Program-made: the position numbers and the translations under genes
Shown: positions 10,702 to 20,220 of the stretch, in pieces
Layout of the letters: every line of letters begins with the position of its first letter
Numbering within the stretch: position 1 is the stretch's first letter
Notes under the pieces: generated by a model
The model's database searches: none
The model's input: only the letters and a program-made list of their open reading frames with translations
Told to the model about the DNA's origin: nothing
Source: Candidatus Geocrenenecus huangii
GTDB lineage: Archaea > Thermoproteota > Nitrososphaeria_A > Caldarchaeales > Wolframiiraptoraceae
Direction of reading: 5' to 3'
NCBI GenBank assembly: GCA_023254095.1
Contig: JALNLM010000002.1
Coordinates: 134,594-198,593, forward strand
Length of the DNA stretch: 64,000 bases

Positions 10702-12867
10702 ATGTCAAAAGATCATACCTGTAGAGAATACTTGAGCCTTCATAAGATATTCTACCCCAATACACTAGCTGTAATAGGTGCTTCAAGAAACCCGGATAGC
10801 GTCGGTCATGCAGTTCTAAGAAATCTGATAAACGGGCATTTTACCGGAGCAATATATCCTGTTAACCCGAAAGCTAGAGCCATACTTGGGATAAAATCTT
10901 ACCCGAATGTTTCATCGATCCCCGACCATATAGATCTTGCCGTAATAGTTGTCCCAAACACAGTTGTTCCAGGAGTTTTAGAAGAATGTGTTGAAGTAGG
11001 TATAACATCATCTATAATAATCACAGCAGGGTTCAAGGAGACAGGTCCGGAAGGAGCAAAACTAGAAGAAGAAATTGTGTCGATAGCTAAGAGGGGTGGG
11101 GTAAGAGTAATAGGGCCGAACTGTTTAGGAGTGATTAACACTGACCCGAACGTCATGATGAATGCTACATTCGCTAGAGAAATGCCGCTGGCGGGTCAAA
11201 CAGCCTTGATATCGCAGAGTGGAGCGATATGCGTAGCGGCATTAGAGTATGCTAGACAGAGACAATACAGGCTGGGCTTCTCCAAAGTCGTTAGTCTAGG
11301 AAATAAGGCAGATGTCAACGAGATAGATGTCCTAGAATATTTGAAGAATGATCCTGAAACAAAGGTTATTCTAATGTATGTAGAAGACATATCTCATGGT
11401 AGAAGATTCATAGAGACGACCAGAGAGATTACTGGAGAAGTCGGTAAACCTATAATAGCTATAAAAGCTGGTAGAACGCCGGAAGGAGCTGGAGCGGCCT
11501 CAAGCCATACAGGTGCTTTAGCAAGCTCTGACGAAGTCTACGATGCGATATTCAATCAATCAGGAGTGATTAGAGTTGAATCAGTTGAAGAATTATTCAA
11601 TTATGCTAAAGCATTTTCTAGTCAGCCTATACCTAGAGGAGACAGGGTGGCTATTATAAGTAATGCAGGTGGACCTGCAATACTCGCTACGGATGCGGTA
11701 GTTAGAAATGGATTGAGGATAGCACCCCTAAAAGAAGAAACAAAGAAGATTCTAAAAGCTGGGCTCTCACCAGCTGCAAGCGTTAAGAACCCAATAGATT
11801 TGGTTGGAGACGCTAATCACGCAAGATACCAGTATGCGTTAGACCACGTACTAGCTGATGAGAACGTGGATGCCGCGATAGTGATCTTAACACCTCAAGC
11901 CATGACTACGGTTGACGATATCGCTAAAGTAGTAGTAGGAGTCGCCTCGAAGTATAATAAGCCAATACTTACCTGCTTCATGGGTGTAAGCGATATATCT
12001 TCAGCTATAGATATACTTGAGAACTCAAAGATACCTAACTACAACTTTCCAGAAGACGCTGTTAGAGCACTAGCGGAATTATACCGTTATGGAGAATGGT
12101 TGACTAGACCTAGAACGGGTATAAGAACATTTGTTGTAGATAGAGAAAGAGCTGGAGAATTAATCCGGAAAGCTTTATCTGAGGGGAGAACTTATATGCC
12201 GGATATCGAGGCCTTCGAGGTCTTGAAATGCTATGGAATAAAGACTGTTGATTATGTTCTCACCAAGAATGTTGAAGAAGCAGTAGAAGCAGCGGAGAAA
12301 ATAGGTTACCCAGTCGTCTTAAAGATAGCTTCCCCAGACATAATACATAAATTCGATATAGGAGGAGTAGAATTGAGATTGCAGAATGCGGCAGAAGTGG
12401 AGGCTGCCTATAATAGGATAATAAGTAATGTTCGAAGAAACGCACCCGATGCTAGAATATGGGGTGTATCTGTTCAAGAGATGGTGAAGAATGGTATTGA
12501 AGTAATCTTCGGCGTTAAGAGGGATCCACTCTTCGGACCCGTGATAATGTTCGGGTTAGGTGGAATATACGTTGAAGCCTACAGAGACGTTAGCTTTAGA
12601 CTTGCACCCATCCGTGAATTAAGTGCATACCATATGATAGAAGAAATACGTGCAAGGCAGCTATTGAGGGGGTATAGGGGAAGTAAAGAAAGAGATATAA
12701 ACGCGCTTGCAGAAGGGCTTATGAGGCTTTCTCAGCTCTCCCTAGAACAACAGAATATAAATGAGCTCGACATAAATCCCGTAGTAGTTTTCGAGAAAGG
12801 AAGAGGATTCAAAGCAGTTGACGCAAGAATAGTGCTTAAAGAGGATAGAGAAAAAGTTGCTAAATAA
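10702..12867 (+). CDS. ADP-forming acetate/acyl-CoA ligase, fused alpha-beta subunits
   Basis: GPNCLG, SQSG, SHTGALA (phospho-His), NPIDL, ATP-grasp C-terminus (LDINP). Confidence 0.92.
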   Translation: MSKDHTCREYLSLHKIFYPNTLAVIGASRNPDSVGHAVLRNLINGHFTGAIYPVNPKARAILGIKSYPNVSSIPDHIDLAVIVVPNTVVPGVLEECVEVGITSSIIITAGFKETGPEGAKLEEEIVSIAKRGGVRVIGPNCLGVINTDPNVMMNATFAREMPLAGQTALISQSGAICVAALEYARQRQYRLGFSKVVSLGNKADVNEIDVLEYLKNDPETKVILMYVEDISHGRRFIETTREITGEVGKPIIAIKAGRTPEGAGAASSHTGALASSDEVYDAIFNQSGVIRVESVEELFNYAKAFSSQPIPRGDRVAIISNAGGPAILATDAVVRNGLRIAPLKEETKKILKAGLSPAASVKNPIDLVGDANHARYQYALDHVLADENVDAAIVILTPQAMTTVDDIAKVVVGVASKYNKPILTCFMGVSDISSAIDILENSKIPNYNFPEDAVRALAELYRYGEWLTRPRTGIRTFVVDRERAGELIRKALSEGRTYMPDIEAFEVLKCYGIKTVDYVLTKNVEEAVEAAEKIGYPVVLKIASPDIIHKFDIGGVELRLQNAAEVEAAYNRIISNVRRNAPDARIWGVSVQEMVKNGIEVIFGVKRDPLFGPVIMFGLGGIYVEAYRDVSFRLAPIRELSAYHMIEEIRARQLLRGYRGSKERDINALAEGLMRLSQLSLEQQNINELDINPVVVFEKGRGFKAVDARIVLKEDREKVAK

Positions 12868-12904
12868 TAGACAAGACTTAATAGAAATGATTTCAGCTAA
12901 TATG

Positions 12905-12960
12905 TGGGATGATGAACAACGTCCAGGTTGAAGAGTGATACACGACGGGCAGACTGACCA
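12905..12960 (+). ncRNA. Box C/D sRNA (2'-O-methylation guide)
   Basis: C ATGATGA 12909-15, 12-nt guide, D' TTGA 12928-31, C' GTGATAC 12935-41, 12-nt guide, D CTGA 12954-57, terminal TGG/CCA stem; intergenic. Confidence 0.85.
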
Positions 12961-13167
12961 ATTAATTTTCTATTCCTAAAATAATTACTTCAATACTTGT
13001 CTTTTTAACTGTAAATGTGTAGGGAACGTATTGAAAAACTATGATAGTCTGAAAAGTCATAGATTAGGTAATTGGTGTGAGCAGTTATAACATTATTGGA
13101 TCCGTCTTTATCTGTAGAAGATCTTAAGCATCTATTGAATGTGATGAGAAATTACTTATAAGGTACC

Positions 13168-13187
13168 CTAGGTAGACATCTACCTAG
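13168..13187. promoter_or_regulatory. Palindromic operator-like site just downstream of a TATA box
   Basis: CTAGGTAGA-CA-TCTACCTAG following CTTATAA at about 13155-13161. Confidence 0.55.
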
Positions 13188-13188
13188 A

Positions 13189-13377
13189 GTGAAGATGTCA
13201 TACAAGATTTTGATTAGGGAATCACTATCCATAGTAGCGTTATTCACGTTCTTCCTACTGGTGTTGATGGTGATTGCTGGTCTCGCCTACTATATACAGG
13301 AATACGGTGCTCTAGCAATAAGAGAGTTCTTCAGAATAGCCAAGATAATCCTTCCATTATTTACAGGCTATTTCTGA
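13189..13377 (+). CDS. Small membrane protein
   Basis: Long hydrophobic helix; TATA box upstream; start GTG 13189 or ATG 13195. Confidence 0.55.
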   Translation: MKMSYKILIRESLSIVALFTFFLLVLMVIAGLAYYIQEYGALAIREFFRIAKIILPLFTGYF

Positions 13378-13423
13378 GAATCTGGTTAGAATATAAGAAG
13401 CCGATACTTTATTTTTAACAGGC

Positions 13424-14182
13424 ATGAGGGCTAGGAAAATAGAGATAATCGGCATACAAGGTATACCTGAAATACAAAAAGACATGGATATTGGAGAGAT
13501 AATAGTCGATGCTTCTAGGAGAATGGGCTTAGAATTAAGAAACGGAGACATCATCGTGGTTAGTCATATAATTGTTTCAAAAGCTGAAGGTAGAGTAGTC
13601 AACCTCGTAGATGTTGAACCCTCAGAATTTGCAAGGAAGGTTGCTGGGGAGTCCGGTAAAGATCCCAGACATGTAGAGCTCGTATTAAGAGAATCTAGAA
13701 GGATTGTGAGGATGAGGAGAGGATTAATAATATCTGAAACCGTGAACCGGATAGTATGTGCAAATGCTGGAGTAGACCTATCCAACGTGGGGGTAGGGAA
13801 GGCGGCCATGCTCCCATTAGATCCAGATCTTTCTGCTAAGAAGATAAGAGACAGAATAAGAGAGTTAGCTGAAGTAGATGTGGCCGTCATAGTATCTGAT
13901 ACGCATGGTAGACCTCTAAGAAATGGTGCAGTAAATATAGCGATTGGATGTTCTGGAATTGAGCCATTGCTTGACAGAAGAGGCGAAGTAGACATGTATG
14001 GTAGAAAGCTTACATCCAAGATAATATGTATAGCAGATGAATTAGCCTCAGCGGCTGAGCTAGTTTTAGGTCAAGCAGATGAAAAAATCCCCGTCGCAAT
14101 AATTAGAGGATACGTCTATAAGCCTTCTGAAACCCCTGCAAAAGTAATTCCTAGGAGAGAAGAAGATGACCTTTTCCTCTAA
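13424..14182 (+). CDS. cofE: Coenzyme F420-0:L-glutamate ligase
   Basis: IVSKAEGR, ANAGVDLSN, DTHGRPLR, IADELASAA. Confidence 0.93.
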   Translation: MRARKIEIIGIQGIPEIQKDMDIGEIIVDASRRMGLELRNGDIIVVSHIIVSKAEGRVVNLVDVEPSEFARKVAGESGKDPRHVELVLRESRRIVRMRRGLIISETVNRIVCANAGVDLSNVGVGKAAMLPLDPDLSAKKIRDRIRELAEVDVAVIVSDTHGRPLRNGAVNIAIGCSGIEPLLDRRGEVDMYGRKLTSKIICIADELASAAELVLGQADEKIPVAIIRGYVYKPSETPAKVIPRREEDDLFL

Positions 14183-14876
14183 AGATATCATTTCTAGAAT
14201 ACTGACAACTTATCTCAGACTTACCTGTAGAGGTGAACAGCCGAAGATCAAGAAAATATCTGAAGAAGCATTAGCCGGGGAAGAAATAGTAGTGAAAACG
14301 TTGAGAGAATATGGGATAGGGGGAGAAGCCTCATCTTCTGAAAGAGTTAGAGTAGCATCAGCTTTAATAATGATGGGTGTTGAAGGAGATAGAATAGCTA
14401 GATATCTTCACTGGAGAGAGTTCGAAGAATTATCTGCTGAGCTTCTAAAAGAGGCGGGGTACACAGTCTACCTAGATACAAGAGTACGCATAGATAAAAA
14501 GAAGTATCAAATTGATTTAACAGCTTACAGTACAGGTCTTCTACTGGTAGTAGATTGTAAACATTGGGCCAAGCCTCCAGCATATGCTCAGAGACGCAGG
14601 ATTATTTCTATGTTGGAGCAGAGAATAAAGGCTTTAGCTAAGCTTGAAGGTGAAGTCCAAGTAAGAATCACCCCTATAGTTCTCACCCTATATGAGCCTA
14701 GAGAATTAATCGTAGAGGGATATCTATACGTCCCCCTCCGGAGAATAACGGGGTTCATAGAATGGTTTCAAAACAATTATCCACATATAAGATGTATTAA
14801 GACTAATGTTTCCTTAGAGAAATTGAAAGAGTCCTCTAGAAGGATAATCTCTAAATCTCGGTTCAACGATGTATAA
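14166..14876 (+). CDS. Mrr/NERD-like PD-(D/E)xK nuclease-fold protein
   Basis: WREFEEL...IDL...VVDCKHW; overlaps the cofE end. Confidence 0.7.
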   Translation: MTFSSKDIISRILTTYLRLTCRGEQPKIKKISEEALAGEEIVVKTLREYGIGGEASSSERVRVASALIMMGVEGDRIARYLHWREFEELSAELLKEAGYTVYLDTRVRIDKKKYQIDLTAYSTGLLLVVDCKHWAKPPAYAQRRRIISMLEQRIKALAKLEGEVQVRITPIVLTLYEPRELIVEGYLYVPLRRITGFIEWFQNNYPHIRCIKTNVSLEKLKESSRRIISKSRFNDV

Positions 14877-14879
14877 TTG

Positions 14880-14937
14880 CCCAATGAAGACCCCATAGCT
14901 CAAACTGAAACATGATGACCCATAGGGTCTCTGAGGG
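14880..14937 (+). ncRNA. Box C/D sRNA (2'-O-methylation guide)
   Basis: C ATGAAGA 14884-90, D' CTGA 14905-08, C' ATGATGA 14912-18, D CTGA 14931-34, terminal CCC/GGG stem. Confidence 0.88.
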
Positions 14938-15110
14938 AAAAAATGTCTTAGGAAATTATTGAGTAGTCGGGATGCATCCATTTCCAAGGTAATACACTCA
15001 GTATTTCATCAGAGAACAAAATATTTCTAGAGAGCTATGTTTAAATTCTGTAGCTATAGATTCCTAGGAAACATTTATGAATAGACGTTCTCTTGTTTAA
15101 TTGAACAGTC

Positions 15111-15230
15111 ATGGAGTTGGAAGATAGAATCTTCAAGATAGAAGAGGAAGAAGAGGAAGAATGGGAAGAATTTGAAGAAGAATTCGAGGAAGAGGAAGAA
15201 GGCTGGGAAGAAGAGGAAGAAGAATTCTAA
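15111..15230 (+). CDS. 39-aa poly-glutamate microprotein (not in ORF track)
   Basis: MELEDRIFKIEEEEEEEWEEFEEEFEEEEEGWEEEEEEF*; TATA-like TTTATGAA about 30 nt upstream; mixed GAA/GAG codons. Confidence 0.7.
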   Translation: MELEDRIFKIEEEEEEEWEEFEEEFEEEEEGWEEEEEEF

Positions 15231-15655
15231 TCAGCTGGCAAAAGAACTACAATCCTCTCAGATGCTTCGACAACTTTCTCAAGATTTGTTCGGCGGACTA
15301 ACTTCCTAATTTTTCTTTCAATTTTCTTACTACTTTTTTGTAAAATAATCATGCCGGCTTCGACCTTCTCGGCTTCTGTCATTATCGCTTCAAAGACGTC
15401 TCTAGAAGCAGTTACTCTCAAGTCCGCCCCGATCCCCTGAGATCTAGCCCATTCAACCAAGTTTCCTAATTTTTTCCTAGCCTCTTCAACATAGGTGGAT
15501 ACGACCTCGGAGTATAGGGAGGTTGGCATTGGAAACTCGATTATGTGGAGGAAAACTATCTCTATATCTCTGGTGAGCATATCTAGCATATTTGCAAGAG
15601 CTTTAAAGTTTACGTCGTTTTTTACCGCTATGAGTATCTTGGTCTTCTTACTCAT
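15227..15655 (-). CDS. Universal stress protein family
   Basis: KILIAV...FLHII...DVFEAIMTEAEKVEAGMIIL; USP size and pattern. Confidence 0.8.
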   Translation of the reverse strand: MSKKTKILIAVKNDVNFKALANMLDMLTRDIEIVFLHIIEFPMPTSLYSEVVSTYVEEARKKLGNLVEWARSQGIGADLRVTASRDVFEAIMTEAEKVEAGMIILQKSSKKIERKIRKLVRRTNLEKVVEASERIVVLLPAD

Positions 15656-15924
15656 TCTTCAACTGGTCTCCCGTTCCTCTTATATGTGTAGAGAACCATA
15701 GATGTTACTGTGCTCTTAACCCCATCAATCTTTAAGATCTTATCTTTCAACAACTTTCTGAACGAGATAATGTCATTAGTATTTACGATAGCTATTATAT
15801 CGAATTCTCCAGTGACCTCGTACACGTCTAATGCTTCTTCAAGCTTGTTAATCTCATTTGCTACGCTTTCTAGTTTTGAAGAATCTACAAATACATGGAT
15901 GAACGCTAGCACTCCCTTAGGCAT
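15652..15924 (-). CDS. Stand-alone Lrp/AsnC ligand-binding (RAM) domain protein
   Basis: VYEVTGEFDII and IDGVKSTVTS motifs; no HTH. Confidence 0.88.
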   Translation of the reverse strand: MPKGVLAFIHVFVDSSKLESVANEINKLEEALDVYEVTGEFDIIAIVNTNDIISFRKLLKDKILKIDGVKSTVTSMVLYTYKRNGRPVEE

Positions 15925-15926
15925 TT

Positions 15927-17822
15927 CTAAACCCTCCTCAATACCATGATTTTACCGTGATGCTTGGATATAACCTTATACAGTTTGCTTTCATGAGTTT
16001 TCTCGATCTTTGTTTTTTCAGTTATTCGTCTGATTAACGCAATGAATTCCAGTCTCCCGGATTCGAGTAATATGGATGTTATTTTTTCTATGTCCCCTAT
16101 GAAAACTCTAGCTTCAGCTTCATAACCAAGCTTTCTAAGTTTTTCAGCAGCCTCCTCGAGTTCTGATAAAGCTTCACTTCTTAATTCATATAATTGAGCT
16201 CTATCACTAATTCTTGAAAAGTCCAAATATAGTTCTTCTGGGTCTATTATACTGATAAGAGTTACCCTGAACCTCTTGTCTAGATTCTCAACTACTATAT
16301 CTGCTATTTTCTCAGTTTTTTCAATTATGGGTCTTACTAGGACTCCGACATCGTATATTCGAGATAATGGTTGGATCTGTTGAGCAGAGTCGGAAGATAT
16401 ACACTTCAACCCTCTTCTCCTTCTATAAATTACATACATCAATATTCCAACTATTAGCCAGGCTGCACCGAGAATTCGCCCATTAGCATGGAAGAGTAGG
16501 GTGAGGAATAGTAGGCATCCTACGCCGATTAATCCTAATACACCTATTATAGGTATTCGGAATGTTCTTCCATTCATCTTTAAGGATAGCTCACCTAGGA
16601 CTTTCCAAGGTCTATATACTTCTTCCCTCATGTTTCTCATCTTTATGAAAGTGACCATTAGTATGAAGTAACTCACCAGGGCGCCGAAGATGTAGAGTTC
16701 TGCTACGAATGGGATATTACCGAAAGATGCTAAGACTAAACCAATAGATCCAAATAAGACTATAGTCCTTGTCGGTGTTTTAAATCTTGGATGTATCTTA
16801 TAGAACCACCCTGGTAGTAGTTTGTATCGACCCATCGATGCTACTAGCCTAGAGACCCCTATGATCCCAGTATTGGATGAAGCATAACATAAGATGAAGC
16901 CTGCTAGACCTACAAGCTTTGCTCCAAAGACTCCAATTATAGGATAGGTCTCGACAAGCCCAGCTATCGAATACTCTAGCTGTCTTGATAGCTTCTCCCA
17001 TCCTACCGAGCCTATAGATAAAGTCGAGAAGCCCATAACAGAGATGAGAACAGCTACAACTGAGAGCTTTGCAGCCTTAGGAATGTGTCTAGCCGGCCGC
17101 CTGGTCTCTTCAGCGGCCTGAGCTATGGATTCTATTCCTACGAAGGAGGCCATCGCGAGTGTTAAAGCGTATAGTAGGTTCTGGAGATTTATCGGCAAAC
17201 CATCTATGTAGGCAACCTCCTTAAGAATCTCAGGGGATCCAACTATTCTTAATTGCTCAATAAATTTTGATAAGTCGAAAACGAGTATAAAGCCTGGGAC
17301 TAAAACGAAGGCTTGAATTACTAAGCCGAGGATTACAAGTCCGATCGAGACTTCTACTGAATACTTTATGCCTATATAGTTGATGAAGATGAGAGATGTT
17401 ATGAAGATTATTGAAAGGATCCCGATAGGTGGAAGCCCTCCTAAAGTCATTGAAGGAACAAGGTTAGGAAAAATATAAGATAAGTAGCCTGCTGCGGCTA
17501 AAGCGAATAAAGAAATATCTATGGTATAATCTAGGACTAGCGCCCACCCAGCAATAAATCCTACAAAGTCGTTGAATCCCTTCATAGAATATACTTGGAC
17601 TCCTCCAGCATATGGATAGATGGGTGCTAGCTCCGCATAGATTAAGCCTATGCAGATATAGATAAACGCGGTTACCAAGAAGACTATGGGAGTGGCCCCT
17701 GAAGCATATAGCGCAATCAATCCTAATGCGATAAATATGTCTGCTCCAACATCCGCGTATCCTAGAGAGAAAGACCCGAACCAGCCTACATCCCTCTTTA
17801 GAGAAACTTCTTCCTCGTTCAT
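15927..17822 (-). CDS. APC family permease with C-terminal soluble (USP-like) domain
   Basis: About 12 TM helices, YAELA, GIESIAQAAEE, HPRFKTP; soluble C-terminal region. Confidence 0.85.
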   Translation of the reverse strand: MNEEEVSLKRDVGWFGSFSLGYADVGADIFIALGLIALYASGATPIVFLVTAFIYICIGLIYAELAPIYPYAGGVQVYSMKGFNDFVGFIAGWALVLDYTIDISLFALAAAGYLSYIFPNLVPSMTLGGLPPIGILSIIFITSLIFINYIGIKYSVEVSIGLVILGLVIQAFVLVPGFILVFDLSKFIEQLRIVGSPEILKEVAYIDGLPINLQNLLYALTLAMASFVGIESIAQAAEETRRPARHIPKAAKLSVVAVLISVMGFSTLSIGSVGWEKLSRQLEYSIAGLVETYPIIGVFGAKLVGLAGFILCYASSNTGIIGVSRLVASMGRYKLLPGWFYKIHPRFKTPTRTIVLFGSIGLVLASFGNIPFVAELYIFGALVSYFILMVTFIKMRNMREEVYRPWKVLGELSLKMNGRTFRIPIIGVLGLIGVGCLLFLTLLFHANGRILGAAWLIVGILMYVIYRRRRGLKCISSDSAQQIQPLSRIYDVGVLVRPIIEKTEKIADIVVENLDKRFRVTLISIIDPEELYLDFSRISDRAQLYELRSEALSELEEAAEKLRKLGYEAEARVFIGDIEKITSILLESGRLEFIALIRRITEKTKIEKTHESKLYKVISKHHGKIMVLRRV

Positions 17823-17834
17823 CGATCTACACCT

Positions 17835-18404
17835 TCATTTTTCACGGTCTCTACGATCTTTAACGGCTTCAATTATCAATATCTCTTCGAAAAATAGTTT
17901 TCTAGACAGCTTAATATAAGGGTTGAATCCCTCCATCCTAAGATAAAATAATATCTCGTCTATACTGCCAGTAAGAGTTGATGCGACAAGAACCAGAAGC
18001 CCCTTATCTTTAATCTTCGATTTTGAGTGAGCAACTACTTGTTTTATAAAGTCTATTCCGCCCTCAATGGTTTTATCTCTTAATCCTTCTATTGGTAAAT
18101 ATGGAGGGTTAGACACAATTAGGTCGAATATTGGTGTATCTCTGAACATTGATAGAGTATCTCCTTGTATAACATGAGATGTGCCTGCATGAGATGATGA
18201 ACTTATCCTCCTCCAAGTATATTTGACGGCCTCATAAGAAATATCTACAGCGAAGACTTCATCTGATAATTTAGCTAGAGCTACCGTAACTATACCGCTT
18301 CCCGAACCCACCTCGACCACTCGTTTTAAAACATTGCGTTTGAGGCTTCTTAGAGCATCTATCAGCAAGTATGTATCTTCAGAAGGCTCGTAGACTTCGT
18401 TCAT
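17835..18404 (-). CDS. HemK2/Mtq2 family methyltransferase
   Basis: VYEPSEDTYLL, EVGSGSG, SNPPY. Confidence 0.9.
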   Translation of the reverse strand: MNEVYEPSEDTYLLIDALRSLKRNVLKRVVEVGSGSGIVTVALAKLSDEVFAVDISYEAVKYTWRRISSSSHAGTSHVIQGDTLSMFRDTPIFDLIVSNPPYLPIEGLRDKTIEGGIDFIKQVVAHSKSKIKDKGLLVLVASTLTGSIDEILFYLRMEGFNPYIKLSRKLFFEEILIIEAVKDRRDREK

Positions 18405-19696
18405 GGATAAACTCTTGCAGGTGTTCTAGGGAATAGGCATGCGCTGCGAATATGGGGAAGATGGAGTAGCCACCAAAGCATTCTCTCTATACCTAGACCG
18501 AATCCACTATGCGGCACACTACCATACTTCCTTAAATCTAGATACCACCTATATTCTTCAGGGTTTAGATTATTTTCTCTTATTCTTTCGGTAAGCAGGT
18601 TGTAGTCATGTATCCTCTGACCTCCCCCTACTATCTCTCCATAGCCTCCCGGAGCTAAAAGGTCGGCATTCAAGCAGACTGAGGGGTTGCTGGGGTCAGG
18701 CATATGGTAGAATGCTTTAGCTTCTTTTGGGTAATGTGTTACGAAGAATGGCTTACTAAATTCTTTAGAGAGTATTCTTTCTTCATCTGCTCCGAAATCA
18801 TCTCCCCAGTTAATGTTAACTCCCTTACTTTGAAGTATTTGGAGAGCCTCAGAATACCTTATCCTAGGATATGGTGGCTCAGCCATCTCGGGTCTTAATT
18901 CTCTACCCAATGTTCTTATTTCTCTTTCAGACTCTTTATTTAAACCATTAACGATAGCGTAGACTAGTTCTTCTATAACCTTCATAATATCGTAGAGATC
19001 TGCGTAAGCCATTTCTACTTCCAGATGCCAGAACTCTGTTAGATGCCTCCTCGTTCTACTAAGCTCTGCTCTAAAACTAGGCTGGAGACTATAGACTTTT
19101 TCTAGACTATAGATAGCTGCTTCTTGGTAGAACTGGACACTTTGAGTAAGGTATGCAGGCTTTCCGAAATAATCAACCTTGAATAATGTAGCTCCACCCT
19201 CTACTGCTGCCGTAATAAATGTTGGACAGTTCACTTCGACGAACCCATTCTCTCTCAACCATCTACGAGCTATATCCATGAGCGTAGCCCTGATCTTCAT
19301 AATAATCGCTACCCTTGGGCTTCTCAGATGAAGATGCCTATTATCTAGGAGAAACTTCAATCCAACACCTTTCTTTATAGGAAAGTCCTCCAGGCTCGGT
19401 CCAACAATTTCTAAGTGGTTGCAGTGGAGTTCGAGTCCACCAGGAGCTCTCGGGTCTTTCTTGAGTCTTCCCTTCACCTTAACAGACGACTCTAAACCAA
19501 TATCTAGCGCCTTCATAAAGCTTTCATTGTCAGCTACTCCATGTTTGACCGCTACTTGTATTATGCCTGTTGAATCTCTCAAGTCTAAGAATATCAGTTT
19601 CCCATGACGTCTCTTAGATCTAATCCATCCAATCAACTCTACCTCTAAGCCTTCTTCACATTGGAATGCATCTCTAACGTACAGTGTCTTGAACAC
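18401..19696 (-). CDS. asnS: Asparagine--tRNA ligase
   Basis: OB-fold N-terminus, AYLTQSVQFY, FRAELSRTRRHLTEFW, PHSGFGLGIER. Confidence 0.9.
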   Translation of the reverse strand: MFKTLYVRDAFQCEEGLEVELIGWIRSKRRHGKLIFLDLRDSTGIIQVAVKHGVADNESFMKALDIGLESSVKVKGRLKKDPRAPGGLELHCNHLEIVGPSLEDFPIKKGVGLKFLLDNRHLHLRSPRVAIIMKIRATLMDIARRWLRENGFVEVNCPTFITAAVEGGATLFKVDYFGKPAYLTQSVQFYQEAAIYSLEKVYSLQPSFRAELSRTRRHLTEFWHLEVEMAYADLYDIMKVIEELVYAIVNGLNKESEREIRTLGRELRPEMAEPPYPRIRYSEALQILQSKGVNINWGDDFGADEERILSKEFSKPFFVTHYPKEAKAFYHMPDPSNPSVCLNADLLAPGGYGEIVGGGQRIHDYNLLTERIRENNLNPEEYRWYLDLRKYGSVPHSGFGLGIERMLWWLLHLPHIRSACLFPRTPARVYP

Positions 19697-19755
19697 TCCT
19701 AATCCTCCAGGGTCTCATTGTACATTCGAATTATTTTCTATTTCTATTGGTTATG

Positions 19756-20097
19756 TCAGGTTATGGGGGTCCCCTCTGGTACCGGTTTCACTGGGATTAA
19801 CGGTGCAATGCTTTCTTCGGTTGAAGTGGCCGCAAGTATCATGCATTCAGATAGCTCTCCTCTGATCTTCTTAGGTTTAAGGTTGAAGACGAATGCAAAA
19901 AGTTGCCCAACGAAGTATTCTGGGTCGTAAATATGGCCAAGACCTGCTATAGCCTGCTTCCTAACACCTCCGAAATCTACCTGTAGCTTTATCAGACGAT
20001 CTGTGCCTTTAATCCTCTCAGCTTTTACAACTCTTCCAATTCTAAGGTCAAGACGCCTAAATTCCGAGATATCAACTTCCCCCGACATACACATCAA
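19756..20097 (-). CDS. tRNA-binding OB-fold protein (MetRS C-terminal/CsaA-like)
   Basis: LDLRIGRV, NLKPKKIRGELSECMILAA. Confidence 0.88.
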   Translation of the reverse strand: MMCMSGEVDISEFRRLDLRIGRVVKAERIKGTDRLIKLQVDFGGVRKQAIAGLGHIYDPEYFVGQLFAFVFNLKPKKIRGELSECMILAATSTEESIAPLIPVKPVPEGTPIT

Positions 20098-20220
20098 GGA
20101 TCATTAATCTCGACTAGTTATTATCATTTGCTAAACTCCAATCCTAAACTTCATCTATCAATTTACCCGAAAATTTTTATACAACTAAAAACATATTAAG
20201 AATTGATGGTGTGTAAAAGC

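Noticed and set aside
14960-15015. Minus-strand CTGATGA plus hairpin resembling a hammerhead core
   Set aside because: GAAA does not directly follow stem II, and stems I and III cannot be drawn.
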